Origin: Paragordius varius
Taxonomy: Eukaryota; Animalia; Nematomorpha
Direction of reading: 5' to 3'
DNA length: 64,000 nucleotides
NCBI GenBank assembly: GCA_964247055.1
Contig: OZ176052.1
Coordinates: 13,206,001-13,270,000, forward strand
Shown: one piece after another, positions 12,301 through 26,195 of the stretch
Layout of the letters: each line of letters starts with the position of its first letter
How positions within the stretch are numbered: the stretch's first letter is position 1
Position numbers and translations under genes: made by a program
The notes under the pieces: model-generated
The model's database searches: none
What the model was told of the DNA's origin: nothing
Seen by the model: the letters and a program-made list of their open reading frames with translations, nothing else

Positions 12301-15199
12301 TAAAAATTAATGTATAAAACTACTCGCATCAATACTCAAGTTAAACTTTGTCCTTAAAAATCGAATATTAGTCACCGGTGAACAAAATTATTTTTTATAC
12401 ATTCTCTTAGTAAGACTACATCAAAATATAGAGATAGTTTGACAAACTCTTTCATATCCGATTTTTACAACGATACTTTAAAAATTAATGTATAAAACTA
12501 GTCGTATCAATAAATCGCATCAAAACTCAAATTTAACTTTGTCCTTAAAAATCGGATATTGGTCACCGGTGAACAAAATTATTTTTTATATATTCTCTTA
12601 GCAAGACTACATCAAAATATAGAGATAGTTTGACAAACTCTTTCATATCCGATTTTTACAACGATACTTTAAAAATTAATGTATAAAACTAGTCGTATCA
12701 ATAAATCGCATCAATACTCAAGTTAAACTTTGTCCTTAAAAATCGGATATTGGTCACCGGTGAACATAATTATTTTTTATACATTCTCTTACTAAGACTA
12801 CATCAAAATATAGAGATAGTTTGACAAACTCTTTCATATCCGATTTTTACAACGATACTTTAAAAATTAATGTGTTAAACTAGTCGCATCGATACTCAAG
12901 TTAAACTTTGTCCTTAAAAATCGGATATTGGTCACCGGTGAACAAAATTATTTTTTATACATTCTCTTAGCAAGACTACATCAAAATATAGAGATAGTTT
13001 GACAAACTCTTTCATATCCGATTTTTACAACCATACCTTATAAATTAATGTATAAACCTAGTCGTATCAATAAGTCGCATCAATACTCAAGTTAAACTTT
13101 GTCCTTAAAAATTCGGATATTGGTAACCGGTGAACTAAATAATTTTTTATACATTCACTTAGTAAGACTACATCAAAATATAGAGATAGTTTGACAAACT
13201 CTTTCATATCCGATTTTTACAACGATACTTTAAAAATTAATGAACTAGTCGCATCGATACTCAAGTTAAACTTTGTCCTTAAAAATCGGATATTGGTCAC
13301 CGGTGAACAAAATTATTTTTTATACATTCTCTTAGTAAGACTACATCAAAATATAGAGATAGTCAAACTCTTTCATATCCGATTTTTACAATGATACTTT
13401 AAAAATTAATGTATAAAACTAGTCGCATCAATACTCAAGTTAAACTTTGTCCTTAAAAATCGAATATTGGTCACCGGTGAACAAAATTATTTTTTATACA
13501 TTCTCTTAGTAGGACTACATCAAGATATAGAGATAGTTTGGCAAACTCTTTCATATCCGATTTTTACAAGGATACTTTAAAAATTAATGTATAAAACTAG
13601 TCGCATCAATACTCAAGTTAAACTTTGTCCTTAAAAATCGAATATTGGTCACCGGTGAACAAAATTATTTTTTATACATTCTCTTAGCAAGACTACATCA
13701 AAATATAGAGATAGTTTGACAAACTCTTTCATATCCGATTTTTACAACGATACTTTAAAAATTAATGTATAAAACTAGTCGTATCAATAAATCGCATCAA
13801 TACTCAAGTTAAATTTTGTCCTTAAAAATCGGATATTGGTCACCGGTGAACAAAATTATTTTTTATACATTCTCTTAGCAAGACTACATCAAAATATAGA
13901 GATAGTTTGACAAACTCTTTCATATCCGATTTTTACAACGATACTTTAAAAATTAATGTATTAAACTAGTCGCATCAATACTCAAGTTAAACTTTGTCCT
14001 TAAAAATCGGATATTGGTCACCGGTGAACAAAATTATTTTTTATACATTCTCTTAGCAAGACTACATCAAAATATAGAGATAGTTTGACAAACTCTTTCA
14101 TATCCGATTTTTACAACGATACTTTAAAAATTAATGTTTAAAACTAGTCGCATCAATACTCAAGTTAAACTTTGTCATTAAAAATCGAATATTGGTCACC
14201 GGTGAACAAAATTATTTTTTATACATTCTCTTAGTAAGACTACATCAAAATATAGAGATAGTTTGACAAACTCTTTCATATCCGATTTTTACAACGATAC
14301 TTTAAAAATTAATGTATAAAACTAGTCGTATCAATAAATCGCATCAATACTCAAGTTAAACTTTGTCCTTAAAAATCGGATATTGGTCACCGGTGAACAT
14401 AATTTTTTTTTATACATTCTCTTAGTAAGACTACATCAAAATATAGAGATAGTTTGACAAACTCTTTCATATCCGATTTTTACAACGATACTTTAAAAAT
14501 TAATGTGTTAAACTAGTCGCATCGATACTCAAGTTAAACTTTGTCCTTAAAAATCGGATATTGCTCACCGGTGAACAAAATTATTTTTTATACATTCTCT
14601 TAGCAAGACTACATCAAAATATAGAGATAGTTTGACAAACTCTTTCATATCCGATTTTTACAACCATACTTTATAAATTAATGTATAAAACTAGTCGTAT
14701 CAATAAGTCGCATCAATACTCAAGTTAAACTTTGTCCTTAAAAATCGGATATTGGTAACCGGTGAACTAAATAATTTTTTATACATTCACTTAGTAAGAC
14801 TACATCAAAATATAGAGATAGTTTGACAAACTCTTTCATATCCGATTTTTACAACGATACTTTAAAAATTAATGAACTAGTCGCATCGATACTCAAGTTA
14901 AACTTTGTCCTTAAAATCGGATATTGGTCACCGGTGAACAAAATTATTTTTTATACATTCTCTTAGCAAGACTACATCAAAATATAGAGATAGTTTGGCA
15001 AACTCTTTCATATCCGATTTTTACAAGGATACTTTAAAAATTAATGTATAAAACTAGTCGCATCAATACTCAAGTTAAACTTTGTCCTTAAAAATCGAAT
15101 ATTCATCGGTGAACAAAATTATTTTTTATACATTCTCTTAGCAAGACTACATCAAAATATAGAGATAGTTTGACAAACTCTTTCATATCCGATTTTTAC

Positions 15200-17783
15200 A
15201 ACGATACTTTAAAAATTAATGTATAAAACTAGTCGCATCATTACTCAAGTTAAACTTTGTCCTTAAAAATCGAATATTGGTCATCGGTGAACAAAATTAT
15301 TTTTTATACATTCTCTTAGTAAGACTACATCAAAATATAGAGATAGTTTGACAAACTCTTTCATATCCGATTTTTACAACGATACTTTAAAAATTAATGT
15401 ATAAAACTAGTCGTATCAATAAATCGCATCAAAACTCAAATTAAACTTTGTCCTTAAAAATCGGATATTGGTCACCGGTGAACAAAATTATTTTTTATAT
15501 ATTCTCTTAGCAAGACTACATCAAAATATAAAGATAGTTTGACAAACTCTTTCATATCCGATTTTTACAACGATACTTTAAAAATTAATGTATAAAACTA
15601 GTCGTATCAATAAATCGCATCAATACTCAAGTTAAACTTTGTCCTTAAAAATCGGATATTGGTCACCGGTGAACATAATTTTTTTTTATACATTCTCTTA
15701 GTAAGACTACATCAAAATATAGAGATAGTTTGACAAACTCTTTCATATCCGATTTTTACAACGATACTTTAAAAATTAATGTGTTAAACTAGTCGCATCG
15801 ATACTCAAGTTAAACTTTGTCCTTAAAAATCGGATATTGGTCACCGGTGAACAAAATTATTTTTTATACATTCTCTTAGCAAGACTACATTAAAATATAG
15901 AGATAGTTTGACAGACTCTTTCATATCCGATTTTTACAACCATACTTTATAAATTAATGTATAAAACTAGTCTTATCAATAAGTCGCATCAATACTCAAG
16001 TTAAACTTTGTCCTTAAAAATCGGATATTGGTAACCGGTGAACTAAATAATTTTTTATACATTCACTTAGTAAGACTACATCAAAATATAGAGATAGTTT
16101 GACAAACTCTTTCATATCCGATTTTTACAACGATACTTTAAAAATTAATGAACTAGTCGCATCGATACTCAAGTTAAACTTTATCCTTAAAAATCGGATA
16201 TTGGTCACCGGTGAACAAAATTATTTTTTATACATTCTCTAGCAAGACTACATCAAAATATAGAGATAGTTTGACAAACTCTTTCATATCCGATTTTTAC
16301 AACCATACTTTATAAATTAATGTATAAAACTAGTCGTATCAATAAATCGCATCAATACTCAAGTTAAACTTTGTCCTTAAAAATCGGATATTGGTCACCG
16401 GTGAACAAAATTATTTTTTATACATTCTCTTAGCAAGACTACATCAAAATATAGAGATAGTTTGACAAACTCTTTCATATCCGATTTTTACAACGATACT
16501 TTAAAAATTAATGTATAAAACTAGTCGCATCATTACTCAAGTTAAACTTTGTCCTTAAAAATCGAATATTGGTCACCGGTGAACAAAATTATTTTTTATA
16601 CATTCTCTTAGTAAGACTACATCAAAATATAGAGATAGTTTGACAAACTCTTTCATATCCGATTTTTACAACGATACTTTAAAAATTAATGTATAAAACT
16701 AGTGGTATCAATAAATCGCATCAAAACTCAAATTAAACTTTGTCCTTAAAAATCGGATATTGGTCACCGGTGAACAAAATTATTTTTTATATATTCTCTT
16801 AGCAAGACTACATCAAAATATAAAGATAGTTTGACAAACTCTTTCATATCCGATTTTTACAACGATACTTTAAAAATTAATGTATAAAACTAGTCGTATC
16901 AATAAATCGCATCAATACTCAAGTTAAACTTTGTCCTTAAAAATCGGATATTGGTCACCGGTGAACATAATTTTTTTTTATACATTCTCTTAGTAAGACT
17001 ACATCAAAATATAGAGATAGTTTGACAAACTCTTTCATATCCGATTTTTACAACGATACTTTAAAAATTAATGTGTTAAACTAGTCGCATCGATACTCAA
17101 GTTAAACTTTGTCCTTAAAAATCGGATATTGGTCACCGGTGAACAAAATTATTTTTTATACATTCTCTTAGCAAGACTACATTAAAATATAGAGATAGTT
17201 TGACAGACTCTTTCATATCCGATTTTTACAACCATACTTTATAAATTAATGTATAAAACTAGTCGTATCAATAAGTCGCATCAATACTCAAGTTAAACTT
17301 TGTCCTTAAAAATCGGATATTGGTAACCGGTGAACTAAATAATTTTTTATACATTCACTTAGTAAGACTACATCAAAATATAGAGATAGTTTGACAAACT
17401 CTTTCATATCCGATTTTTACAACGATACTTTAAAAATTAATGAACTAGTCGCATCGATACTCAAGTTAAACTTTGTCCTTAAAAATCGGATATTGGTCAC
17501 CGGTGAACAAAATTATTTTTTATACATTCTCTAGCAAGACTACATCAAAATATAGAGATAGTTTGACAAACTCTTTCATATCCGATTTTTACAACCATAC
17601 TTTATAAATTAATGTATAAAACTAGTCGTATCAATAAATCGCATCAATACTCAAGTTAAACTTTGTCCTTAAAAATCGGATATTGGTCACCGGTGAACAT
17701 AATTTTTTTTTATACATTCTCTTAGTAAGACTACATCAAAATATAGAGATAGTTTGACAAACTCTTTCATATCCGATTTTTAC
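15200..17783. repeat. 7-mer higher-order repeat (1292 bp), two tandem copies
   Basis: Starts at 15200 and 16492. 178+191+191+178+191+172+191 = 1292. Markers CATTACTC, CAAAACTCAAA, ATAAAGATAG, GACAGACTC and CTCTAGCA appear in the same order. Confidence 0.85.
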
Positions 17784-20700
17784 AACGATACTTTAAAAAT
17801 TAATGTGTTAAACTAGTCGCATCGATACTCAAGTTAAACTTTGTCCTTAAAAATCGGATATTGCTCACCGGTGAACAAAATTATTTTTTATACATTCTCT
17901 TAGCAAGACTACATCAAAATATAGAGATAGTTTGACAAACTCTTTCATATCCGATTTTTACAACGATACTTTAAAAATTAATGTATAAAACTAGTCGCAT
18001 CATTACTCAAGTTAAACTTTGTCCTTAAAAATCGAATATTGGTCACCGGTGAACAAAATTATTTTTTATACATTCTCTTAGTAAGACTACATCAAAATAT
18101 AGAGATAGTTTGACAAACTCTTTCATATCCGATTTTTACAACGATACTTTAAAAATTAATGTATAAAACTAGTCGTATCAATAAATCGCATCAAAACTCA
18201 AATTAAACTTTGTCCTTAAAAATCGGATATTGGTCACCGGTGAACAAAATTATTTTTTATATATTCTCTTAGCAAGACTACATCAAAATATAGAGATAGT
18301 TTGACAAACTCTTTCATATCCGATTTTTACAACGATACTTTAAAAATTAATGTATAAAACTAGTCGTATCAATAAATCGCATCAATACTCAAGTTAAACT
18401 TTGTCCTTAAAAATCGGATATTGGTCACCGGTGAACATAATTTTTTTTTATACATTCTCTTAGTAAGACTACATCAAAATATAGAGATAGTTTGACAAAC
18501 TCTTTCATATCCGATTTTTACAACGATACTTTAAAAATTAATGTGTTAAACTAGTCGCATTGATACTCAAGTTAAACTTTGTCCTTAAAAATCGGATATT
18601 GGTCACCGGTGAACAAAATTATTTTTTATACATTCTCTTAGCAAGACTACATCAAAATATAGAGATAGTTTGGCAAACTCTTTCATATCCGATTTTTACA
18701 AGGATACTTTAAAAATTAATGTATAAAACTAGTCGCATCAATACTCAAGTTAAACTTTGTCCTTAAAAATCGAATATTGGTCACCGGTGAACAAAACTAT
18801 TTTTTATACATTCTCTTAGCAAGACTACATCAAAATATAGAGATAGTTTGACAAACTCTTTCATATCCGATTTTTACAACGATACTTTAAAAATTAATGT
18901 ATAAAACTAGTCGCATCATTACTCAAGTTAAACTTTGTCCTTAAAAATCGAATATTGGTCACCGGTGAACAAAATTATTTTTTATACATTCTCTTAGTAA
19001 GACTACATCAAAATATAGAGATAGTTTGACAAACTATTTCATATCCGATTTTTACAACGATACTTTAAAAATTAATGTATAAAACTAGTCGTATCAATAA
19101 ATCGCATCAAAACTCAAATTAAACTTTGTCCTTAAAAATCGGATATTGGTCACCGGTGAACAAAATTATTTTTTATATATTCTCTTAGCAAGACTACATC
19201 AAAATATAGAGATAGTTTGACAAACTCTTTCATATCCGATTTTTACAACGATACTTTAAAAATTAATGTATAAAACTAGTCGTATCAATAAATCGCATCA
19301 ATACTCAAGTTAAACTTTGTCCTTAAAAATCGGATATTGGTCACCGGTGAACATAATTTTTTTTTATACATTCTCTTAATAAGACTACATCAAAATATAG
19401 AGATAGTTTGACAAACTCTTTCATATCCGATTTTTACAACGATACTTTAAAAATTAATGTGTTAAACTAGTCGCATCGATACTCAAGTTAAACTTTGTCC
19501 TTAAAAATCGGATATTGGTCACCGGTGAACAAAATTATTTTTTATACATTCTCTTAGCAAGACTACATTAAAATATAGAGATAGTTTGACAGACTCTTTC
19601 ATATCCGATTTTTACAACCATACTTTATAAATTAATGTATAAAACTAGTCGTATCAATAAGTCGCATCAATACTCAAGTTAAACTTTGTCCTTAAAAATC
19701 GGATATTGGTAACCGGTGAACTAAATAATTTTTTATACATTCACTTAGTAAGACTACATCAAAATATAGAGATAGTTTGACAAACTCTTTCATATCCGAT
19801 TTTTACAACGATACTTTAAAAATTAATGAACTAGTCGCATCGATACTCAAGTTAAACTTTGTCCTTAAAAATCGGATATTGGTCACCGGTGAACAAAATT
19901 ATTTTTTATACATTCTCTAGCAAGACTACATCAAAATATAGAGATAGTTTGACAAACTCTTTCTAATCCGATTTTTACAACCATACTTTATAAATTAATG
20001 TATAAAACTAGTCGTATCAATAAATCGCATCAATACTCAAGTTAAATTTTGTCCTTAAAAATCGGATATTGGTCACCGGTGAACATAATTTTTTTTTATA
20101 CATTCTCTTAGTAAGACTACATCAAAATATAGAGATAGTTTGACAAACTCTTTCATATCCGATTTTTACAACGATACTTTAAAAATTAATGTGTTAAACT
20201 AGTCGCATCGATACTCAAGTTAAACTTTGTCCTTAAAAATCGGATATTGGTCACCGGTGAACAAAATTATTTTTTATACATTCTCTTAGCAAGACTACAT
20301 CAAAATATAGAGATAGTTTGACAAACTCTTTCATATCCGATTTTTACAACCATACTTTATAAATTAATGTATAAAACTAGTCGTATCAATAAGTCGCATC
20401 AATACTCAACTTAAACTTTGTCCTTAAAAATCGGATATTGGTCACCGGTGAACAAAATTATTTTTTATATATTCTCTTAGCAAGACTACATCAAAATATA
20501 GAGATAGTTTGACAAACTCTTTCATATCCGATTTTTACAACGATACTTTAAAAATTAATGTATAAAACTAGTCGTATCAATAAATCGCATCAATACTCAA
20601 GTTAAACTTTGTCCTTAAAAATCGGATATTGGTCACCGGTGAACATAATTTTTTTTTATACATTCTCTTAGTAAGACTACATCAAAATATAGAGATAGTT

Positions 20701-21998
20701 TGACAAACTCTTTCATATCCGATTTTTACAACGATACTTTAAAAATTAATGTGTTAAACTAGTCGCATCGATACTCAAGTTAAACTTTGTCCTTAAAAAT
20801 CGGATATTGGTCACCGGTGAACAAAATTATTTTTTATACATTCTCTTAGCAAGACTACATTAAAATATAGAGATAGTTTGACAGACTCTTTCATATCCGA
20901 TTTTTACAACCATACTTTATAAATTAATGTATAAAACTAGTCGTATCAATAAGTCGCATCAATACTCAAGTTAAACTTTGTCCTTAAAAATCGGATATTG
21001 GTAACCGGTGAACTAAATAATTTTTTATACATTCACTTAGTAAGACTACATCAAAATATAGAGATAGTTTGACAAACTCTTTCATATCCGATTTTTACAA
21101 CGATACTTTAAAAATTAATGAACTAGTCGCATCGATACTCAAGTTAAACTTTGTCCTTAAAAATCGGATATTGGTCACCGGTGAACAAAATTATTTTTTA
21201 TACATTCTCTAGCAAGACTACATCAAAATATAGAGATAGTTTGACAAACTCTTTCTAATCCGATTTTTACAACCATACTTTATAAATTAATGTATAAAAC
21301 TAGTCTTAGCAATAAATCGCATCAATACTCAAGTTAAACTTTGTCCTTAAAAATCGGATATTGGTCACCGGTGAACATAATTTTTTTTTATACATTCTCT
21401 TAGTAAGACTACATCAAAATATAGAGATAGTTTGACAAACTCTTTCATATCCGATTTTTACAACGATACTTTAAAAATTAATGAACTAGTCGCATCGATA
21501 CTCAAGTTAAACTTTGTCCTTAAAAATCGGATATTGGTCACCGGTGAACAAAATTATTTTTTATACATTCTCTTAGCAAGACTACATCAAAATATAGAGA
21601 TAGTTTGACAAACTCTTTCATATCCGATTTTTACAACCATACTTTATAAATTAATGTATAAAACTAGTCGTATCAATAAGTCGCATCAATACTCAAGTTA
21701 AACTTTGTCCTTAAAAATCGGATATTGGTAACCGGTGAACTAAATAATTTTTTATACATTCACTTAGTAAGACTACATCAAAATATAGAGATAGTTTGAC
21801 AAACTCTTTCATATCCGATTTTTACAACGATACTTTAAAAATTAATGAACTAGTCGCATCGATACTCAAGTTAAACTTTGTCCTTAAAAATCGGATATTG
21901 GTCACCGGTGAACAAAATTATTTTTTATACATTCTCTTAGCAAGACTACATCAAAATATAGAGATAGTTTGACAAACTCTTTCATATCCGATTTTTAC

Positions 21999-23828
21999 AA
22001 CCATACTTTATAAATTAATGTATAAAACTAGTCGTATCAATAAATCGCATCAATACTCAAGTTAAACTTTGTCCTTAAAAATCGGATATTGGTCACCGGT
22101 GAACATAATTATTTTTTATACATTCTCTTAGTAAGACTACATCAAAATATAGAGATAGTTTGACAACTCTTTCATATCCGATTTTTACAACGATACTTTA
22201 AAAATTAATGTGTTAAACTAGTCGCATCGATACTCAAGTTAAACTTTGTCCTTAAAAATCGGATATTGGTCACCGGTGAACAAAATTATTTTTTATACAT
22301 TCTCTTAGCAAGACTACATTAAAATATAGAGATAGTTTGACAGACTCTTTCATATCCGATTTTTACAACCATACTTTATAAATTAATGTATAAAACTAGT
22401 CGTATCAATAAGTCGCATCAATACTCAAGTTAAACTTTGTCCTTAAAAATCGGATATTGGTAACCGGTGAACTAAATAATTTTTTATACATTCACTTAGT
22501 AAGACTACATCAAAATATAGAGATAGTTTGACAAACTCTTTCATATCCGATTTTTACAACGATACTTTAAAAATTAATGAACTAGTCGCATCGATACTCA
22601 AGTTAAACTTTGTCCTTAAAAATCGGATATTGGTCACCGGTGAACAAAATTATTTTTTATACATTCTCTAGCAAGACTACATCAAAATATAGAGATAGTT
22701 TGACAAACTCTTTCATATCCGATTTTTACAACCATACTTTATAAATTAATGTATAAAACTAGTCGTATCAATAAATCGCATCAATACTCAAGTTAAACTT
22801 TGTCCTTAAAAATCGGATATTGGTCACCGGTGAACATAATTATTTTTTATACATTCTCTTAGTAAGACTACATCAAAATATAGAGATAGTTTGACAACTC
22901 TTTCATATCCGATTTTTACAACGATACTTTAAAAATTAATGTGTTAAACTAGTCGCATCGATACTCAAGTTAAACTTTGTCCTTAAAAATCGGATATTGG
23001 TCACCGGTGAACAAAATTATTTTTTATACATTCTCTTAGCAAGACTACATTAAAATATAGAGATAGTTTGACAGACTCTTTCATATCCGATTTTTACAAC
23101 CATACTTTATAAATTAATGTATAAAACTAGTCGTATCAATAAGTCGCATCAATACTCAAGTTAAACTTTGTCCTTAAAAATCGGATATTGGTAACCGGTG
23201 AACTAAATAATTTTTTATACATTCACTTAGTAAGACTACATCAAAATATAGAGATAGTTTGACAAACTCTTTCATATCCGATTTTTACAACGATACTTTA
23301 AAAATTAATGAACTAGTCGCATCGATACTCAAGTTAAACTTTGTCCTTAAAAATCGGATATTGGTCACCGGTGAACAAAATTATTTTTTATACATTCTCT
23401 AGCAAGACTACATCAAAATATAGAGATAGTTTGACAAACTCTTTCATATCCGATTTTTACAACCATACTTTATAAATTAATGTATAAAACTAGTCGCATC
23501 AATAAATCGCATCAATACTCAAGTTAAACTTTGTCCTTAAAAATCGGATATTGGTCACCGGTGAACATAATTATTTTTTATACATTCTCTTAGTAAGACT
23601 ACATCAAAATATAGAGATAGTTTGACAACTCTTTCATATCCGATTTTTACAACGATACTTTAAAAATTAATGTGTTAAACTAGTCGCATCGATACTCAAG
23701 TTAAACTTTGTCCTTAAAAATCGGATATTGGTCACCGGTGAAAAAAATTATTTTTTATACATTCTCTTAGCAAGACTACATCAAAATATAGAGATAGTTT
23801 GACAAACTCTTTCATATCCGATTTTTAC
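21999..23828. repeat. 4-mer higher-order repeat (731 bp), about 2.5 tandem copies
   Basis: Unit starts at 21999, 22730 and 23461. TGACAACT marker at 22161, 22892 and 23623. 190+178+191+172 = 731. Confidence 0.92.
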
Positions 23829-24019
23829 AACCATACTTTATAAATTAATGTATAAAACTAGTCGTATCAATAAGTCGCATCAATACTCAAGTTAAACTTT
23901 GTCCTTAAAAATCGGATATAGGTAACCGGTGAACAAAACACTTTTTTATACATTCACTTAGTAAGACTACATCAAAATATAGAGATAGGTTGACAAACTC
24001 TTTCATATCCGATTTTTAC

Positions 24020-25642
24020 AACCATACTTTATAAATTAATGTATAAAACTAGTCGTATCAATAAGTCGCATCAATACTCAAGTTAAACTTTGTCCTTAAA
24101 AATCGGATATTGGTAACCGGTGAACTAAATAATTTTTTATACATTCACTTAGTAAGACTACATCAAAATATAGAGATAGTTTGACAACTCTTTCATATCC
24201 GATTTTTACAACGATACTTTAAAAATTAATGTGTTAAACTAGTCGCATCGATACTCAAGTTAAACTTTGTCCTTAAAAATCGGATATTGGTCACCGGTGA
24301 ACAAAATTATTTTTTATACATTCTCTTAGCAAGACTACATTAAAATATAGAGATAGTTTGACAGACTCTTTCATATCCGATTTTTACAACGATACTTTAA
24401 AAATTAATGAACTATTCGCATCGATACTCAAGTTAAACTTTGTCCTTAAAAATCGGATATTGGTCACCGGTGAACAAAATTATTTTTTATACATTCTCTT
24501 AGCAAGACTACATCAAAATATAGAGATAGTTTGACAAACTCTTTCATATCCGATTTTTACAACCATACTTTATAAATTAATGTATAAAACTAGTCGTATC
24601 AATAAATCGCATCAATACTCAAGTTAAACTTTGTCCTTAAAAATCGGATATTGGTAACCGGTGAACTAAATAATTTTTTATACATTCACTTAGTAAGACT
24701 ACATCAAAATATAGAGATAGTTTGACAACTCTTTCATATCCGATTTTTACAACGATACTTTAAAAATTAATTTGTTAAACTAGTCGCATCGATACTCAAG
24801 TTAAACTTTGTCCTTAAAAATCGGATATTGGTCACCGGTGAACAAAATTATTTTTTATACATTCTCTTAGCAAGACTACATTAAAATATAGAGATAGTTT
24901 GACAGACTCTTTCATATCCGATTTTTACAACGATACTTTAAAAATTAATGAACTATTCGCATCGATACTCAAGTTAAACTTTGTCCTTAAAAATCGGATA
25001 TTGGTCACCGGTGAACAAAATTATTTTTTATACATTCTCTTAGCAAGACTACATCAAAATATAGAGATAGTTTGACAAACTCTTTCATATCCGATTTTTA
25101 CAACCATACTTTATAAATTAATGTATAAAACTAGTCGTATCAATAAATCGCATCAATACTCAAGTTAAACTTTGTCCTTAAAAATCGGATATTGGTCACC
25201 GGTGAACATAATTATTTTTTATACATTCTCTTAGTAAGACTACATCAAAATATAGAGATAGTTTGACAACTCTTTCATATCCGATTTTTACAACGATACT
25301 TTAAAAATTAATGTGTTAAACTAGTCGCATCGATACTCAAGTTAAACTTTGTCCTTAAAAATCGGATATTGGTCACCGGTGAACAAAATTATTTTTTATA
25401 CATTCTCTTAGCAAGACTACATTAAAATATAGAGATAGTTTGACAGACTCTTTCATATCCGATTTTTACAACGATACTTTAAAAATTAATGAACTATTCG
25501 CATCGATACTCAAGTTAAACTTTGTCCTTAAAAATCGGATATTGGTCACCGGTGAACAAAATTATTTTTTATACATTCTCTTAGCAAGACTACATCAAAA
25601 TATAGAGATAGTTTGACAAACTCTTTCATATCCGATTTTTAC
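24020..25642. repeat. 3-mer higher-order repeat (541 bp), three tandem copies
   Basis: Starts at 24020, 24561 and 25102, with the next at 25643. 190+178+173 = 541. Private marker AATGAACTATTCG. Confidence 0.9.
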
Positions 25643-26195
25643 AACCATACTTTATAAATTAATGTATAAAACTAGTCGTATCAATAAATCGCATCAATAC
25701 TCAAGTTAAACTTTGTCCTTAAAAATCGGATATTGGTAACCGGTGAACTAAATAATTTTTTATACATTCACTTAGTAAGACTACATCAAAATATAGAGAT
25801 AGTTTGACAAACTCTTTCATATCCGATTTTTACAACGATACTTTAAAAATTAATGAACTAGTCGCATCGATACTCAAGTTAAACTTTGTCCTTAAAAATC
25901 GGATATAGGTAACCGGTGAACAAAATTATTTTTTATACATTCTCTAGCAAGACTACATCAAAATATAGAGATAGTTTGACAAACTCTTTCATATCCGATT
26001 TTTACAACCATACTTTATAAATTAATGTATAAAACTAGTCGTATCAATAAATCGCATCAATACTCAAGTTAAACTTTGTCCTTAAAAATCGGATATTGGT
26101 CACCGGTCAACATAATTATTTTTTATACATTCTCTTAGTAAGACTACATCAAAATATAGAGATAGTTTGACAACTCTTTCATATCCGATTTTTAC

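Noticed and set aside
13191-13394. 67-aa ORF from the ORF track
   Set aside because: It starts at TTG inside a repeat monomer. It is open only because 5-bp (AATGAACTAG) and 4-bp (GATAGTCAAA) deletions splice together stop-free frames of the satellite. It has no coding context.
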